DNA of 64,000 bases from Candidatus Nanohaloarchaea archaeon (GTDB lineage Archaea; Nanohalarchaeota; Nanosalinia; Nanosalinales; Nanosalinaceae), in NCBI GenBank assembly GCA_014297435.1, contig JACOQA010000002.1, positions 128,001 through 192,000 of the forward strand, in the 5' to 3' direction. Under the pieces are notes generated by a model. The model was given only the letters and a program-made list of their open reading frames with translations, was not told the DNA's origin and searched no databases. Shown one piece after another: positions 18,886 through 28,033 of this stretch. The number at the start of each line of letters is the position of its first letter. Positions within the stretch are counted from its first letter, which is position 1. Made by a program: the position numbers and the translations under genes.

Positions 18886-18957
18886 GTGGCTGCCCTGTAA
18901 CACGGGCGGTCATTCCCGTCCCTTAAGGTCTCGTCCGCTGACTTCAGGACAGCCTAC
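18886..18957 (-). ncRNA. Candidate structured RNA (multi-way junction)
   Basis: Closing stem GGCUGUCCUG/CAGGGCAGCC (the G-U pair favours the minus strand); inner stems GUC/GAC, CC/GG, ACGGG/CCCGU; TTATTTAA box about 25 nt upstream. Confidence 0.5.
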
Positions 18958-18994
18958 AACTAAATCATCAGTTCGAACTGTTAAATAACACCGG

Positions 18995-19693
18995 TTACTG
19001 GAAGAAAACCCCTTCTTCAGGTACAGGCTTGAACTCAGCCTGGCGGGTCTTGGTCTGTACAGGCTCTTCTCCGTGATACTTCCTGAGGTACTGGAAGTAC
19101 TCTCTTGTTTTCTCCCGTGCATACTCCCCATCATAGTCGATTCTTTCCTCTCCCACGTAGAACATGAAAGCCCACCTGAAGAACTTGTTGAGAGGCCTTG
19201 TAACTATTCTAGGCAAGAACTGTATTCCCTGAGGCATATCGTACTTGATGTATGTTCTTACAAGATATTCGATTCCTCCAAAGTCGTTTTCTCCTGATGG
19301 TGGTGTTCGGGTTCTTAAACGAGTCTTTATCTTCATGCTGGCGCCGAAACTTCCCCCATTACTCGGCAGATCTCCTTTAATGTTCATAGTGGAGCGGAAA
19401 TCGTTCGAATCCTTATTCTGCATGAAGAACTCTTCCTTGGGGCGACCCATCTCCATGTTCTGCTTGAAGATATACTTGTGCTCCTCGTAGATCGAAGGAA
19501 TGTGGGGCGACTCGTACCATTCTACACGGTTCTGTATCTCCATCCAGTCGTTGAATATGTGGACATCGCTCCAGATATCATCGCCCTCGCCAAACTTGTG
19601 CTCTTCCCATTTACCGCCTTCCCCTATGTTGTAGGTTCCTGGCGTATGAAGCCATCCTAGAAGCTTCTTGTAGAATGGCGGTTCTTCGCTCAT
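18995..19693 (-). CDS. Hypothetical protein (paralogue trio, 3 of 3)
   Basis: 232 aa; aromatic C-terminal helix pattern shared with the two upstream ORFs. Confidence 0.75.
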   Translation of the reverse strand: MSEEPPFYKKLLGWLHTPGTYNIGEGGKWEEHKFGEGDDIWSDVHIFNDWMEIQNRVEWYESPHIPSIYEEHKYIFKQNMEMGRPKEEFFMQNKDSNDFRSTMNIKGDLPSNGGSFGASMKIKTRLRTRTPPSGENDFGGIEYLVRTYIKYDMPQGIQFLPRIVTRPLNKFFRWAFMFYVGEERIDYDGEYAREKTREYFQYLRKYHGEEPVQTKTRQAEFKPVPEEGVFFQ

Positions 19694-19699
19694 ATTATC

Positions 19700-20320
19700 C
19701 TAGCTCCAAGGAGGACTGTAATGGGAGGATCCGGAGCGGTGGATAGTTTTTTCGACTCCAAACTTCTCCCTCATCAGGTTTTGAATATGCACCATTATCT
19801 CTTCTGCCTCTTCCTCGTACATGTGGATCTCTTTTGAGTAAAATTTGTGGTACCAGATACCTGTAAGTATATCATAAAGCTTAGTCTTCTGGAAACGCGA
19901 CTTGTGTTCGCGGGAAAGACCTGGTTTATCCCAGTTATCCTCAGGAACTTCTTTCATTCCGCCCGGCTCCCAGGGAATAGGCGAGCTACCCGGATAAACT
20001 GTCAAAACTTTGGCCGATGTTTTAACACGGGCTTTATGTATATCATCAGGTCTTTCCATCTCGTAGATATCTTTAGGACGTTTCGCACGGAAACTAAGAT
20101 TGAAGTAAAGCGTTGTGTGCGGCGATTTTTCTTTGAACGCATGCATTCTTATCTTGTCCTTGGGCTTGGCGACGTTGAACTCCATCTTGCCTTCTTCTAT
20201 CCTATCGATATCGAACTCCTCGACAAGCAGGTCTTTCAAACCCCTGTAGATTCTAGCCGGATCCTCTTTTACGAAGAAATGGTCTTCTTTGGTGCCGGCA
20301 TCTTCCTCGTATAAAACCAT
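19700..20320 (-). CDS. Hypothetical protein (paralogue trio, 2 of 3)
   Basis: EDPARIYRGLKDLL...IEE matches EDPESAYPELKDLL...VEE of its neighbour. Confidence 0.78.
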   Translation of the reverse strand: MVLYEEDAGTKEDHFFVKEDPARIYRGLKDLLVEEFDIDRIEEGKMEFNVAKPKDKIRMHAFKEKSPHTTLYFNLSFRAKRPKDIYEMERPDDIHKARVKTSAKVLTVYPGSSPIPWEPGGMKEVPEDNWDKPGLSREHKSRFQKTKLYDILTGIWYHKFYSKEIHMYEEEAEEIMVHIQNLMREKFGVEKTIHRSGSSHYSPPWS

Positions 20321-20322
20321 TT

Positions 20323-20766
20323 TTAGGTCTCCACCGTCTGTCTCAGTCTTGTCATAAGTTCTTCAACTTTTTCTTCAACCGCATGCTCCCATTCATGTCT
20401 TACTTCTCCGTAGAGAAACTTGTCGTAAAGCGCTCTATACGCATAGTACCACAGGTTGTCTTTCCATCCCTCCATCGGATAATGAGTTACGAGGCTTCCT
20501 TTGACCTGGACATCAAGTTCTCTGGAATCTTTTCTTATTACAAGAAATATCTCTAGCTCCATAACCGTGTGAGTGTCGAACTCTTCTACAGCGTTGATTC
20601 TTGAACGGACTGTGCCTTCATCTATATCGTGGTAGTATTTCTCCTCCACCACTTTGTCGAACGACATCCTGCGTTCTAAGAGGTCTTTTAGTTCGGGGTA
20701 GGCGGATTCGGGATCTTCCAATATAATGGTTTGTCTTCGGCGTACCGCCTCCTCGGTTATGTCCAT
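20323..20766 (-). CDS. Hypothetical protein (paralogue trio, 1 of 3)
   Basis: Start MDITEE; co-oriented tight operon with 2-6 bp gaps. Confidence 0.78.
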   Translation of the reverse strand: MDITEEAVRRRQTIILEDPESAYPELKDLLERRMSFDKVVEEKYYHDIDEGTVRSRINAVEEFDTHTVMELEIFLVIRKDSRELDVQVKGSLVTHYPMEGWKDNLWYYAYRALYDKFLYGEVRHEWEHAVEEKVEELMTRLRQTVET

Positions 20767-20851
20767 AAACAGGGAATAGTCTTGAGTTGGATAAAAAACC
20801 AATCGCCTGAAAAAACATAGAAGAAAATATTGGAATGAGGGAAGAAAGTTT

Positions 20852-21388
20852 TTAGCGCCCTCTGCATTCAGGACACATCAACATTCCCTCGGACTCCATC
20901 AAGTTCTCGGAATAGTTCTCACATGATTCACATGTCCCAGACTGTGCCTCAGGTCGAGGTGTTGCTTCAGCGTCAAGCTCCTGCTCTTCCTCCATGATCT
21001 CTGCGAAGCCAGGCCATGCACGGATGATATCGCTCTGTGTCAAAATACCTACAAGCATGTCGTTCCTGACAACAGGGATTCTGGATACCTCGTTTCTAAT
21101 CATAGCCATCGCAACTTCGTCAAGAACCTCGTCTTCTTCAGCCACGATCAGGTCGGTGGACATTACGTCTTCTACCGTTATGTCACGCGGATCCTTGTTC
21201 TGTGATACGATATCGTAGACTATGTCTCTGCAGACGATTACACCTACAGCCTCTCCATCGTTAACTACAACAAGACCTCTGATGTTCTCTTCTTTGAGCA
21301 ATCTTGCTGCTTCTACTATAGTTTTGTCTTTCTCTACTGCAATAACCCCGTCGGTCATTACCTCTTTGATCTCAACTTCTCCATTCAT
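20852..21388 (-). CDS. CBS-domain protein with C-terminal zinc ribbon
   Basis: Two CBS repeats; CESC...CPEC. Confidence 0.9.
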   Translation of the reverse strand: MNGEVEIKEVMTDGVIAVEKDKTIVEAARLLKEENIRGLVVVNDGEAVGVIVCRDIVYDIVSQNKDPRDITVEDVMSTDLIVAEEDEVLDEVAMAMIRNEVSRIPVVRNDMLVGILTQSDIIRAWPGFAEIMEEEQELDAEATPRPEAQSGTCESCENYSENLMESEGMLMCPECRGR

Positions 21389-21442
21389 TCTGATCACCTA
21401 ACAAAAAGAAAAATGTGCAGACATCTTTATGATTCCTGCCTC

Positions 21443-24400
21443 TCAGCCAGTGAACTGTTTCAAACCGCTTTGCCTGTCGTCCTTACCGAAAAGGCTCTGA
21501 ATTGTCTTGTTCAGGATAAGTATCTCCTGTCTCGTGTAAGGCGAGATCTCAAAGTCCTCAATAATATCCTTTGCTGGCTGCATATACTTCTTCACAGTTC
21601 CCTCGGAAATCGTTAGAAGGACTTTTCCATCACACTCCGGGCACTCCGCAGTAGGCTTTCCAGAGGGGGCAATAGTCTGATTAGTCAAAGGAATTCTACG
21701 GAACTTTTCATTACAGTCAACACAACGCATTTTCTGTGAGGAGAACGCGTTCAAGTTACCCTTGATATCCGGGATAAAGTGCTTGTTGAGAAGTAGCTCT
21801 GCCACCTCATCCTCGTTTACCGCCTTGGTTTTCCTTCCTAGACCTAGCTGTGAGGAAGTTTTCTCGCTCATCTCATCCAAAGTAACGTACTCGGACTGAT
21901 TAGGACCATTTTCGATAGTAGAGGTTTCATGCGTATAACCGTGTCTGTATGGTTCATCAGAGTGAACGATGTCCTCACCTATCTCTATATCTGTATCAAG
22001 CTCCCATGGCTTCTTGTACTCCAAAGTCTCCTTGTAGAAACTTAATGGGTATTCGTCGACTGTTTCGGTAGCCCATGCCTCATCGTCAACCTCGTCAGCG
22101 TTCAAAACAGTTGAAAGGATTAATGGCGCATCCATCGTGTTGTGGGCGAATACGGGGTGTGGTCCGCAGAGGAAGTTCTGATGTCCGGGAACCTCCAGAT
22201 CGTATACGTAGTCGTTGCCATAATCAACCCTCTCGATTTTAACAACTCTTTCAACAGATACATCGCCTTCAACAGGTTTTGAAAGCGAATCTACGCCTTT
22301 CTCGAACAGCTTCTCAACCCTTTCCTTCGAAGCAGCCTTCATCCTGTTGTTTTTCCTGTCGTTAGCGAACTCTGTCTTAATTTCTTCATAGCTGTAATCG
22401 CTTTCACGAAGTTGTTTCCGGGCATCATCCAAAACCTCCCATAGTGGCCAAAACGGATCCTTTTCCCCCCATTCTGAATAGAGCACCTCCCATGTCTCTC
22501 CTGCTTTCCTTGTAGATGACTTATAACCTAGTTTCCTGACGAGAAGGGTTAGCTGTGTCGCCATCTCGCCACTCTTTGTGTAAAGTTTTGAGAAACCTTT
22601 CTCCTCATATATTGAGCCATCGCCAGCACGGTAAGCTTCAATAAAATCTCTAAGCTTGTCTTTTTCAGCTCCGAAGACAAAGCTTGGAACTGACTTTGAG
22701 TCAAAGTTCTCTCTTTCGAGACCTAGTTCTTCAAGCGCCTTCATGAATGTCGCCGGCACTCTGACAGCGTAACAGGTCTTCCTGTCCTCTCTAACGTCTT
22801 CCTTTATCTTAGGCTTTACGCCAGTCAGCTCTTCTATACATTTTGCCGCGTCTTCTATAATTTCCATATCGGTGTTGTAGATGTCGCCTCTGTCCAGGGC
22901 GCCTTCCGAAAGGAGATATCCTAGAAGCCGGTAGAGCTCTTTCGAGTCTTCGAAGTATCTATTTACAGGTTCAGCGTTAGCCCTCAAGCGGACCTTGCAC
23001 GAAGGAACAACCCCCACATCCTTGTAGAAACTAAGGGGTGCATCCCTTCTACCCGTCTTGTAACGGTATACGTTATTAGTTCCGTACTCCTCCGTCACCT
23101 CAGACGTTATCTGGGTCTCAAGTTCAGGTTTTAACTCCTTTCTCTCTTCATCGGGAACTTTAACGTAACAGTCTTCATCCTCAATAATTTCGAAGAGATC
23201 TACTTCTTCAGGAAGACCATCGGCTCCCAGTTCGGGGTTTGACGGAACAATCACACAATCTCCCTCTTCTAGTTCACGAACAGGTTTGGCTTCGATCTCG
23301 CTGCCTCTTGTCACGAAGACACTGTGATCGCCGGTAACAGAAATGCTACCTCTAGAAGTCTTTACGTTAAATACCTGTTTGTCGTTTTCGTGGCGAATCA
23401 GTGCAGTAACTTCTTCAAACTTTACGTTTCCGTCATTATCGAACGAAACTGCCTCTACATCATCTTCAAAACTTCTTGATACTTCAAATCCGTCCTCTCT
23501 GGTGACAAAACCCTCCTCCTCAAGAACCTCGTCGATCAACTCATCAGCTCTAGGAGATTCAATCTCCCCATTTCTTCTAACCGTTAGTCTAGTATCCTTT
23601 GTAATACTTCGCGCCCCCGTCATATCAGGCAGGAAATCGCGTGAGAAGTTCAGTAAGCCGTCCATAAGCAGTAGAATGGCATCCTCGTCCCCATCCGCAT
23701 TCCTGCGCTTCGCTGCGTGCCAGTAAGGGTGTGCGTAGATCCCTTTAGCTTTTGTGAAACCTATTATTCTGCCTACCGTTCCTCCTGATGTGTGAGGCGC
23801 TAATCCAATTACTAGAGATCCTACGAGGTCTTCTTTTTCTTCTACGTTGTAGTATGGTTCGAGACCGTAGAACTGTTCTAATAGGTCGTCGATGAAGTTT
23901 GCGACTCTGACAAAGTAGTCTGAAGCCGCCAACGTGTTTTCGCCATCAGGGATAATGATATCCTGAGGTTTCAACGCAACAACCTGATTATCGTCCTCCA
24001 AAGGTTCGCCGTCGACATCTTCTTTGTAACCGTTTTCTCTCAGTTTCTCGACAGATACAGAGATCTCCTTGGGTTTGAAATGTGTCATCGGTATGTCGGA
24101 GGCGTCGTAGCGAACGGTACCGTCCTTGTTGACGTAGAGATCGTGTTTCTCTCTTAACAATCCTTTTTCTATAGGTTCTACGTGTTTGTTTTTCCCGCTC
24201 ATACCTCTAACAGATTTCAAGAGTTCAGGCATATGCCGCATCCCCAAGTTATCCATCGCGTCGTCAACCAATGATTCAACGTCAATATCTGTCCATTTAT
24301 ACCTGTTAATTCTTTCGTCGCCACATTGTCGGCACTGATCTGCTTCCTCATGATGTTCATGACCGCAGCTGCTGCAGAACCATACAGGATCTGCTGGAGA

Positions 24401-26395
24401 GCCGCAGTTAGGACAGTAAGAGAAATACGTAAGGTTTTCACAGTCCGTGCATCTGTTATGTACTATTCCTTCGTTTACTGTTCCTTTGTTGTATGATGCA
24501 GTCAGGTTTCTCATCCTTCCGCCTTCTTCCTTCCCGCAAGGGAACAGTAGCTGTGGTTTCCCCTTGATGGTTCTTCTTTCAGCTTTCTCCGGACGCCCCA
24601 TCCTTGAACCAAGATAGTGAGGGCACTGCTCTCTTACTTCGATACCTGAAACAGATTCAATGAACCCCGGTATATCCTTAGAGGATTCAATTTTTTCTAA
24701 CTCTTCGTTATTATCTTCGTGAGGTCTTAGAAGACCTTTCATCACTTTAAGATCTTTCTTCCTTATCTTGATCTTTTCGTCCTGCTGCTTGTGCTGTACA
24801 AGAATGTCTTCCAAGGCTTTCTTTGTTTTCTCTCCCTTAATCTCTCCTTCCTCAAGAGAGCTGTAGAGTGCTTTGAAGTTTTCGACCGGGGTTTCCCGCC
24901 AGTGGTATGTCCATTTCGGATGCATCGGGATATCAAGCTTCTTCGAGATCTTGAAAGCTTCCTTCGGACTAGGATCTCTTTCAGTAAAGTCCCGACCAAG
25001 CTTTACTCCTTTCTCCTCTAAAGCTTTCTCAAGCTCTTTCTCCCACCACTCCTCGACGTAAGGCGATGGAAGTAGTTTCTTTCCGTTCTCTACAAACTCC
25101 CCGTACGGAACAAGCATATCACCTAGGAAAAGTATTTCGTCGACTCTTTTCTCGAGTTCCCGTGCTTTCTCACGTGTCTCAACCTTTACGACATCGCCGT
25201 TTTTTAGACGTACAACAGGAGGATGAATAGAGTCGCAAGGAGTTCCTACTGTAGCCTTTCCAGGGTATTCGATCTTCAGCTGTGTTCCTATCGCGATAAA
25301 ACGTTCAGTTACTTCCATCGTTGCTGGATGGAATGAGGCTGCTGCAAGACCGTTTGTTCTTGAGTGACCGTATCTCAGCCTGAAACCACCTTTCTTCCCC
25401 GGATGACCAAAAATCGGTCTACCTGCGGTTAAAGAACCTAGGAACTTGTCGCTCGGCGTGTATTTAGACTTATCCTCTTCTTCATCTCCCTCATCCTCAT
25501 CGTCGCTCGAGTGGATCTCTTTCTGTAGATCTAGGTAGTCTCCTACCCATTCCCAGTGTTCAAGACCGAATTCTTTACCCCATTTTTCGATACGTTTCTT
25601 GATCTTAGGGGCTTTGAGCGGGAGTCCGTCTAGATAGACGAGACACATTCCTCCTCTAATCCTGTTAGTATCTATTCTTTCGAGGTCTTTGTAATTTGAG
25701 ACGTCAAGTGATTCGGTTGGCGACCCCGTGACTTCGATTGGAACGTTGTCTGCGATCATCTCAGTCTCTTCACGCGTAGGATTATACTGCTTTGCGGTAA
25801 CCCTGTTGTAATAGTCTTCTACCTCTGCGCCGTATCTTTTCACGACAGTTTCTGAAGGCTTGAATTCATCGAGATCTACTCCTATCCTTACGTAGTCTGA
25901 TAGAAGTACGGACATGGCGGATGCAGTTCCTCCCGCAGAACGGATAGGTCCTGAGTAGTATACCGCCAAGTACTCCGTTCCATCGTTATTTTCACGGATC
26001 TTAATCTCTCCAATACCTTCAAGAGGCGCTGTGGTGATACCTCCTGTCATGTAGGATACTCCGACCCTTATTCCTGCGTTACAGGCTCTTTCCTTATCTT
26101 CAAAATCATAGAAGTTGCCTTCTGCGATTTCTCTGGCGATTGAGAACGCTACACGCTCATCGTTTTTACCGTACTCGTCTTCAAGCTCACGTATTCTTTC
26201 CGCGACACCTTGATCTTCGAGTTCCGGGAACTTTGCGGCGATTACCAGGCTTGAAGCCTTTTCAGGTAGATCTGTGGCGACAGGAATGTCTACCCTTTGC
26301 TCCGGGTCTTTGGATTGTTCTCTGGCTTTCTCCGCCACATCATACGCTTTATCTGTTTCCTCCGAAATTCGTTCAAAGTATTTTTCAGTATCCAT
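21443..26395 (-). CDS. polC: DNA polymerase D large subunit DP2 (intein-containing)
   Basis: GPIRSAGGT, GGFRLRYG, RMGRPEK, KDGTVRYD, HAAKRRNADGDED, MDAPL, C-terminal Zn finger. Confidence 0.97.
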   Translation of the reverse strand: MDTEKYFERISEETDKAYDVAEKAREQSKDPEQRVDIPVATDLPEKASSLVIAAKFPELEDQGVAERIRELEDEYGKNDERVAFSIAREIAEGNFYDFEDKERACNAGIRVGVSYMTGGITTAPLEGIGEIKIRENNDGTEYLAVYYSGPIRSAGGTASAMSVLLSDYVRIGVDLDEFKPSETVVKRYGAEVEDYYNRVTAKQYNPTREETEMIADNVPIEVTGSPTESLDVSNYKDLERIDTNRIRGGMCLVYLDGLPLKAPKIKKRIEKWGKEFGLEHWEWVGDYLDLQKEIHSSDDEDEGDEEEDKSKYTPSDKFLGSLTAGRPIFGHPGKKGGFRLRYGHSRTNGLAAASFHPATMEVTERFIAIGTQLKIEYPGKATVGTPCDSIHPPVVRLKNGDVVKVETREKARELEKRVDEILFLGDMLVPYGEFVENGKKLLPSPYVEEWWEKELEKALEEKGVKLGRDFTERDPSPKEAFKISKKLDIPMHPKWTYHWRETPVENFKALYSSLEEGEIKGEKTKKALEDILVQHKQQDEKIKIRKKDLKVMKGLLRPHEDNNEELEKIESSKDIPGFIESVSGIEVREQCPHYLGSRMGRPEKAERRTIKGKPQLLFPCGKEEGGRMRNLTASYNKGTVNEGIVHNRCTDCENLTYFSYCPNCGSPADPVWFCSSCGHEHHEEADQCRQCGDERINRYKWTDIDVESLVDDAMDNLGMRHMPELLKSVRGMSGKNKHVEPIEKGLLREKHDLYVNKDGTVRYDASDIPMTHFKPKEISVSVEKLRENGYKEDVDGEPLEDDNQVVALKPQDIIIPDGENTLAASDYFVRVANFIDDLLEQFYGLEPYYNVEEKEDLVGSLVIGLAPHTSGGTVGRIIGFTKAKGIYAHPYWHAAKRRNADGDEDAILLLMDGLLNFSRDFLPDMTGARSITKDTRLTVRRNGEIESPRADELIDEVLEEEGFVTREDGFEVSRSFEDDVEAVSFDNDGNVKFEEVTALIRHENDKQVFNVKTSRGSISVTGDHSVFVTRGSEIEAKPVRELEEGDCVIVPSNPELGADGLPEEVDLFEIIEDEDCYVKVPDEERKELKPELETQITSEVTEEYGTNNVYRYKTGRRDAPLSFYKDVGVVPSCKVRLRANAEPVNRYFEDSKELYRLLGYLLSEGALDRGDIYNTDMEIIEDAAKCIEELTGVKPKIKEDVREDRKTCYAVRVPATFMKALEELGLERENFDSKSVPSFVFGAEKDKLRDFIEAYRAGDGSIYEEKGFSKLYTKSGEMATQLTLLVRKLGYKSSTRKAGETWEVLYSEWGEKDPFWPLWEVLDDARKQLRESDYSYEEIKTEFANDRKNNRMKAASKERVEKLFEKGVDSLSKPVEGDVSVERVVKIERVDYGNDYVYDLEVPGHQNFLCGPHPVFAHNTMDAPLILSTVLNADEVDDEAWATETVDEYPLSFYKETLEYKKPWELDTDIEIGEDIVHSDEPYRHGYTHETSTIENGPNQSEYVTLDEMSEKTSSQLGLGRKTKAVNEDEVAELLLNKHFIPDIKGNLNAFSSQKMRCVDCNEKFRRIPLTNQTIAPSGKPTAECPECDGKVLLTISEGTVKKYMQPAKDIIEDFEISPYTRQEILILNKTIQSLFGKDDRQSGLKQFTG
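22139..23608 (-). mobile_element. Intein with LAGLIDADG homing endonuclease (490 aa) in DP2
   Basis: Starts SITKDT after GAR; block B TGDHSVF; LLGYLLSEGA and FIEAYRAGDGSI; ends VYDLEVPGHQNF...AHN with +1 Thr (TMDAP). Confidence 0.93.
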
Positions 26396-26404
26396 TTTAA
26401 TCCT

Positions 26405-28006
26405 CTAGACAAACTTCTTGACTCTTGTATTCCGGTTTTTGAAGTTAACAAGCGTGACTTTTCCAGGGTCTGGCTCGTGACCTACACGTTTCTGGAAATC
26501 TGTCTGTCCCTGAAAGCTTGACGAGTTGATAACGTTCACACCTTTGTAGCTTTCGTTGCAGTGGCTGTGGAAGTGACCTGAAACAAATACATCAGGCTGC
26601 TCTTCGATTACAAGATAATCCTCCTTTTCAGGACTCATCTGGTTAGAACCGTAAGTAGGCGCGAGATGTCTTCTTTTCAGTAGATCTATCATGACGTGTT
26701 GTGGTTCTTCATACGCTTTCTCTCTCAAGTCCTGTATCTGGTCGACGTGTGGATCGAAACTATGACCGTGATACATCAGGTTCTTGATGCCTTTCGACTT
26801 GATTCCGTGAAGACGTACCATCTGAGGGTTTTGAACCCTGTGGAAGTTGTTGAAGTCTTTAATCGTCGGGAAGACTTTTTTCGGAAGCTTGGGCTGCGGC
26901 TCCTCTAATCTCGTTATATCGTGGTTTCCTGGAGATGCGATTATCTGAACTCTTTCCGGTATTTTTTCGACCCAGTTCTCGAAAAGCTCGTACTGGTTGT
27001 AAATATCTGTAACTTCAAGCTCGTCCTCTTGACCTGGGTAAACTCCTACGCCTTCGACTAGATCTCCCGTAATTACGAGGTAGCCGACTTTTCTCGCATC
27101 TTTTGATCCAAGCCATTCCGCAAACTTGTCAAGCTTATCGTGCGTCGTGTCCTTCGAACCCATGTGAAGATCCGATATGTATGCCGCTTCAACTTCTTGC
27201 TCAGTGGTGTTTACGCCTTGGGGTATAGGCAGGTCGGCTCTGACAACATTATTAGCGTAGACTATGTCCCCGCCCATAGAACCGATTACGCCTATAACCT
27301 CATCCTGTACTATTCTTTCGCCCTCTCTTTCATCGACCAGCGCCTTGAAAGTGGCTGTCTTGTCCTCAAGCTCTACAATCCATTTGCCTGAGTTTGTGGA
27401 GTACTTGTCTTTAACTAGACCTATAGCGGATGCATCTTCGCCTTCGTTTCTTCTTTCTAAACGGTTGAGAGTGGTTGCGGATTGCAACTCTTTTCTCCGC
27501 ATTAAAAGCTTCTTCATCTTCTCGTAACGATTGTTGTAGTATTTCAAGAACTCTGGAACATCTTTCTTTTCTCTTTCAATCTCCTGAGGATCCATCACCT
27601 CCACTTTTGTCCTCAAGTCGTTTCTGTCCCCCCTGTCCATTATCTCGACCTTCTTGGAACCTGATTTTTCTCTACTCTTATCACTGTTTTCTTGAACATC
27701 ATTTGTTTCCTGTTTCTCATCAGAACTTTGACTTTCCTCTTCTTCCTGAACCGGTTTTTCAACTAGCACGCCCCCGTTCGAAGCATGCTCGGAACCATTC
27801 GGTTTTTCGGAACTTCCATTAGGTTGGGATCCGTTCGGTTGTGGAGACTTCTTCCTCAGATTAGAAAGCATCGCCTCAGAAATATACATAGGAGTTGTAT
27901 CAAGGCTTTTGATCGCCTCAATATCTTCCTCCGTTATCTTTTCAGCTGCATCTTTTCCTACGATACAGCCTTCTTTGGTTAATTGCTTTAGTGCTTGCTT
28001 GTTCAA
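26405..28006 (-). CDS. polB: DNA polymerase D small subunit DP1
   Basis: YISDLHMGS, GDLVEGVGVYPGQ, PGNHD, YHGHSFD, RRHLAPTYG, GHFH. Confidence 0.96.
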   Translation of the reverse strand: MNKQALKQLTKEGCIVGKDAAEKITEEDIEAIKSLDTTPMYISEAMLSNLRKKSPQPNGSQPNGSSEKPNGSEHASNGGVLVEKPVQEEEESQSSDEKQETNDVQENSDKSREKSGSKKVEIMDRGDRNDLRTKVEVMDPQEIEREKKDVPEFLKYYNNRYEKMKKLLMRRKELQSATTLNRLERRNEGEDASAIGLVKDKYSTNSGKWIVELEDKTATFKALVDEREGERIVQDEVIGVIGSMGGDIVYANNVVRADLPIPQGVNTTEQEVEAAYISDLHMGSKDTTHDKLDKFAEWLGSKDARKVGYLVITGDLVEGVGVYPGQEDELEVTDIYNQYELFENWVEKIPERVQIIASPGNHDITRLEEPQPKLPKKVFPTIKDFNNFHRVQNPQMVRLHGIKSKGIKNLMYHGHSFDPHVDQIQDLREKAYEEPQHVMIDLLKRRHLAPTYGSNQMSPEKEDYLVIEEQPDVFVSGHFHSHCNESYKGVNVINSSSFQGQTDFQKRVGHEPDPGKVTLVNFKNRNTRVKKFV

Positions 28007-28033
28007 ACTTGAATCCCTCCCCCAAACTAAGAT

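Noticed and set aside
18915-18940. yybP-ykoY riboswitch (CGAGACCUU word)
   Set aside because: The 5' GGGGAGUA element is absent
18940-18975. Hammerhead ribozyme or C/D box RNA (CTGATGA, CTGA on the minus strand)
   Set aside because: The GAAA core and required stems are missing, and CTGATGA lies upstream of the likely TSS
27785-27845. PNGS x3 repeat in DP1
   Set aside because: Low-complexity linker of a cytoplasmic enzyme; no functional signal
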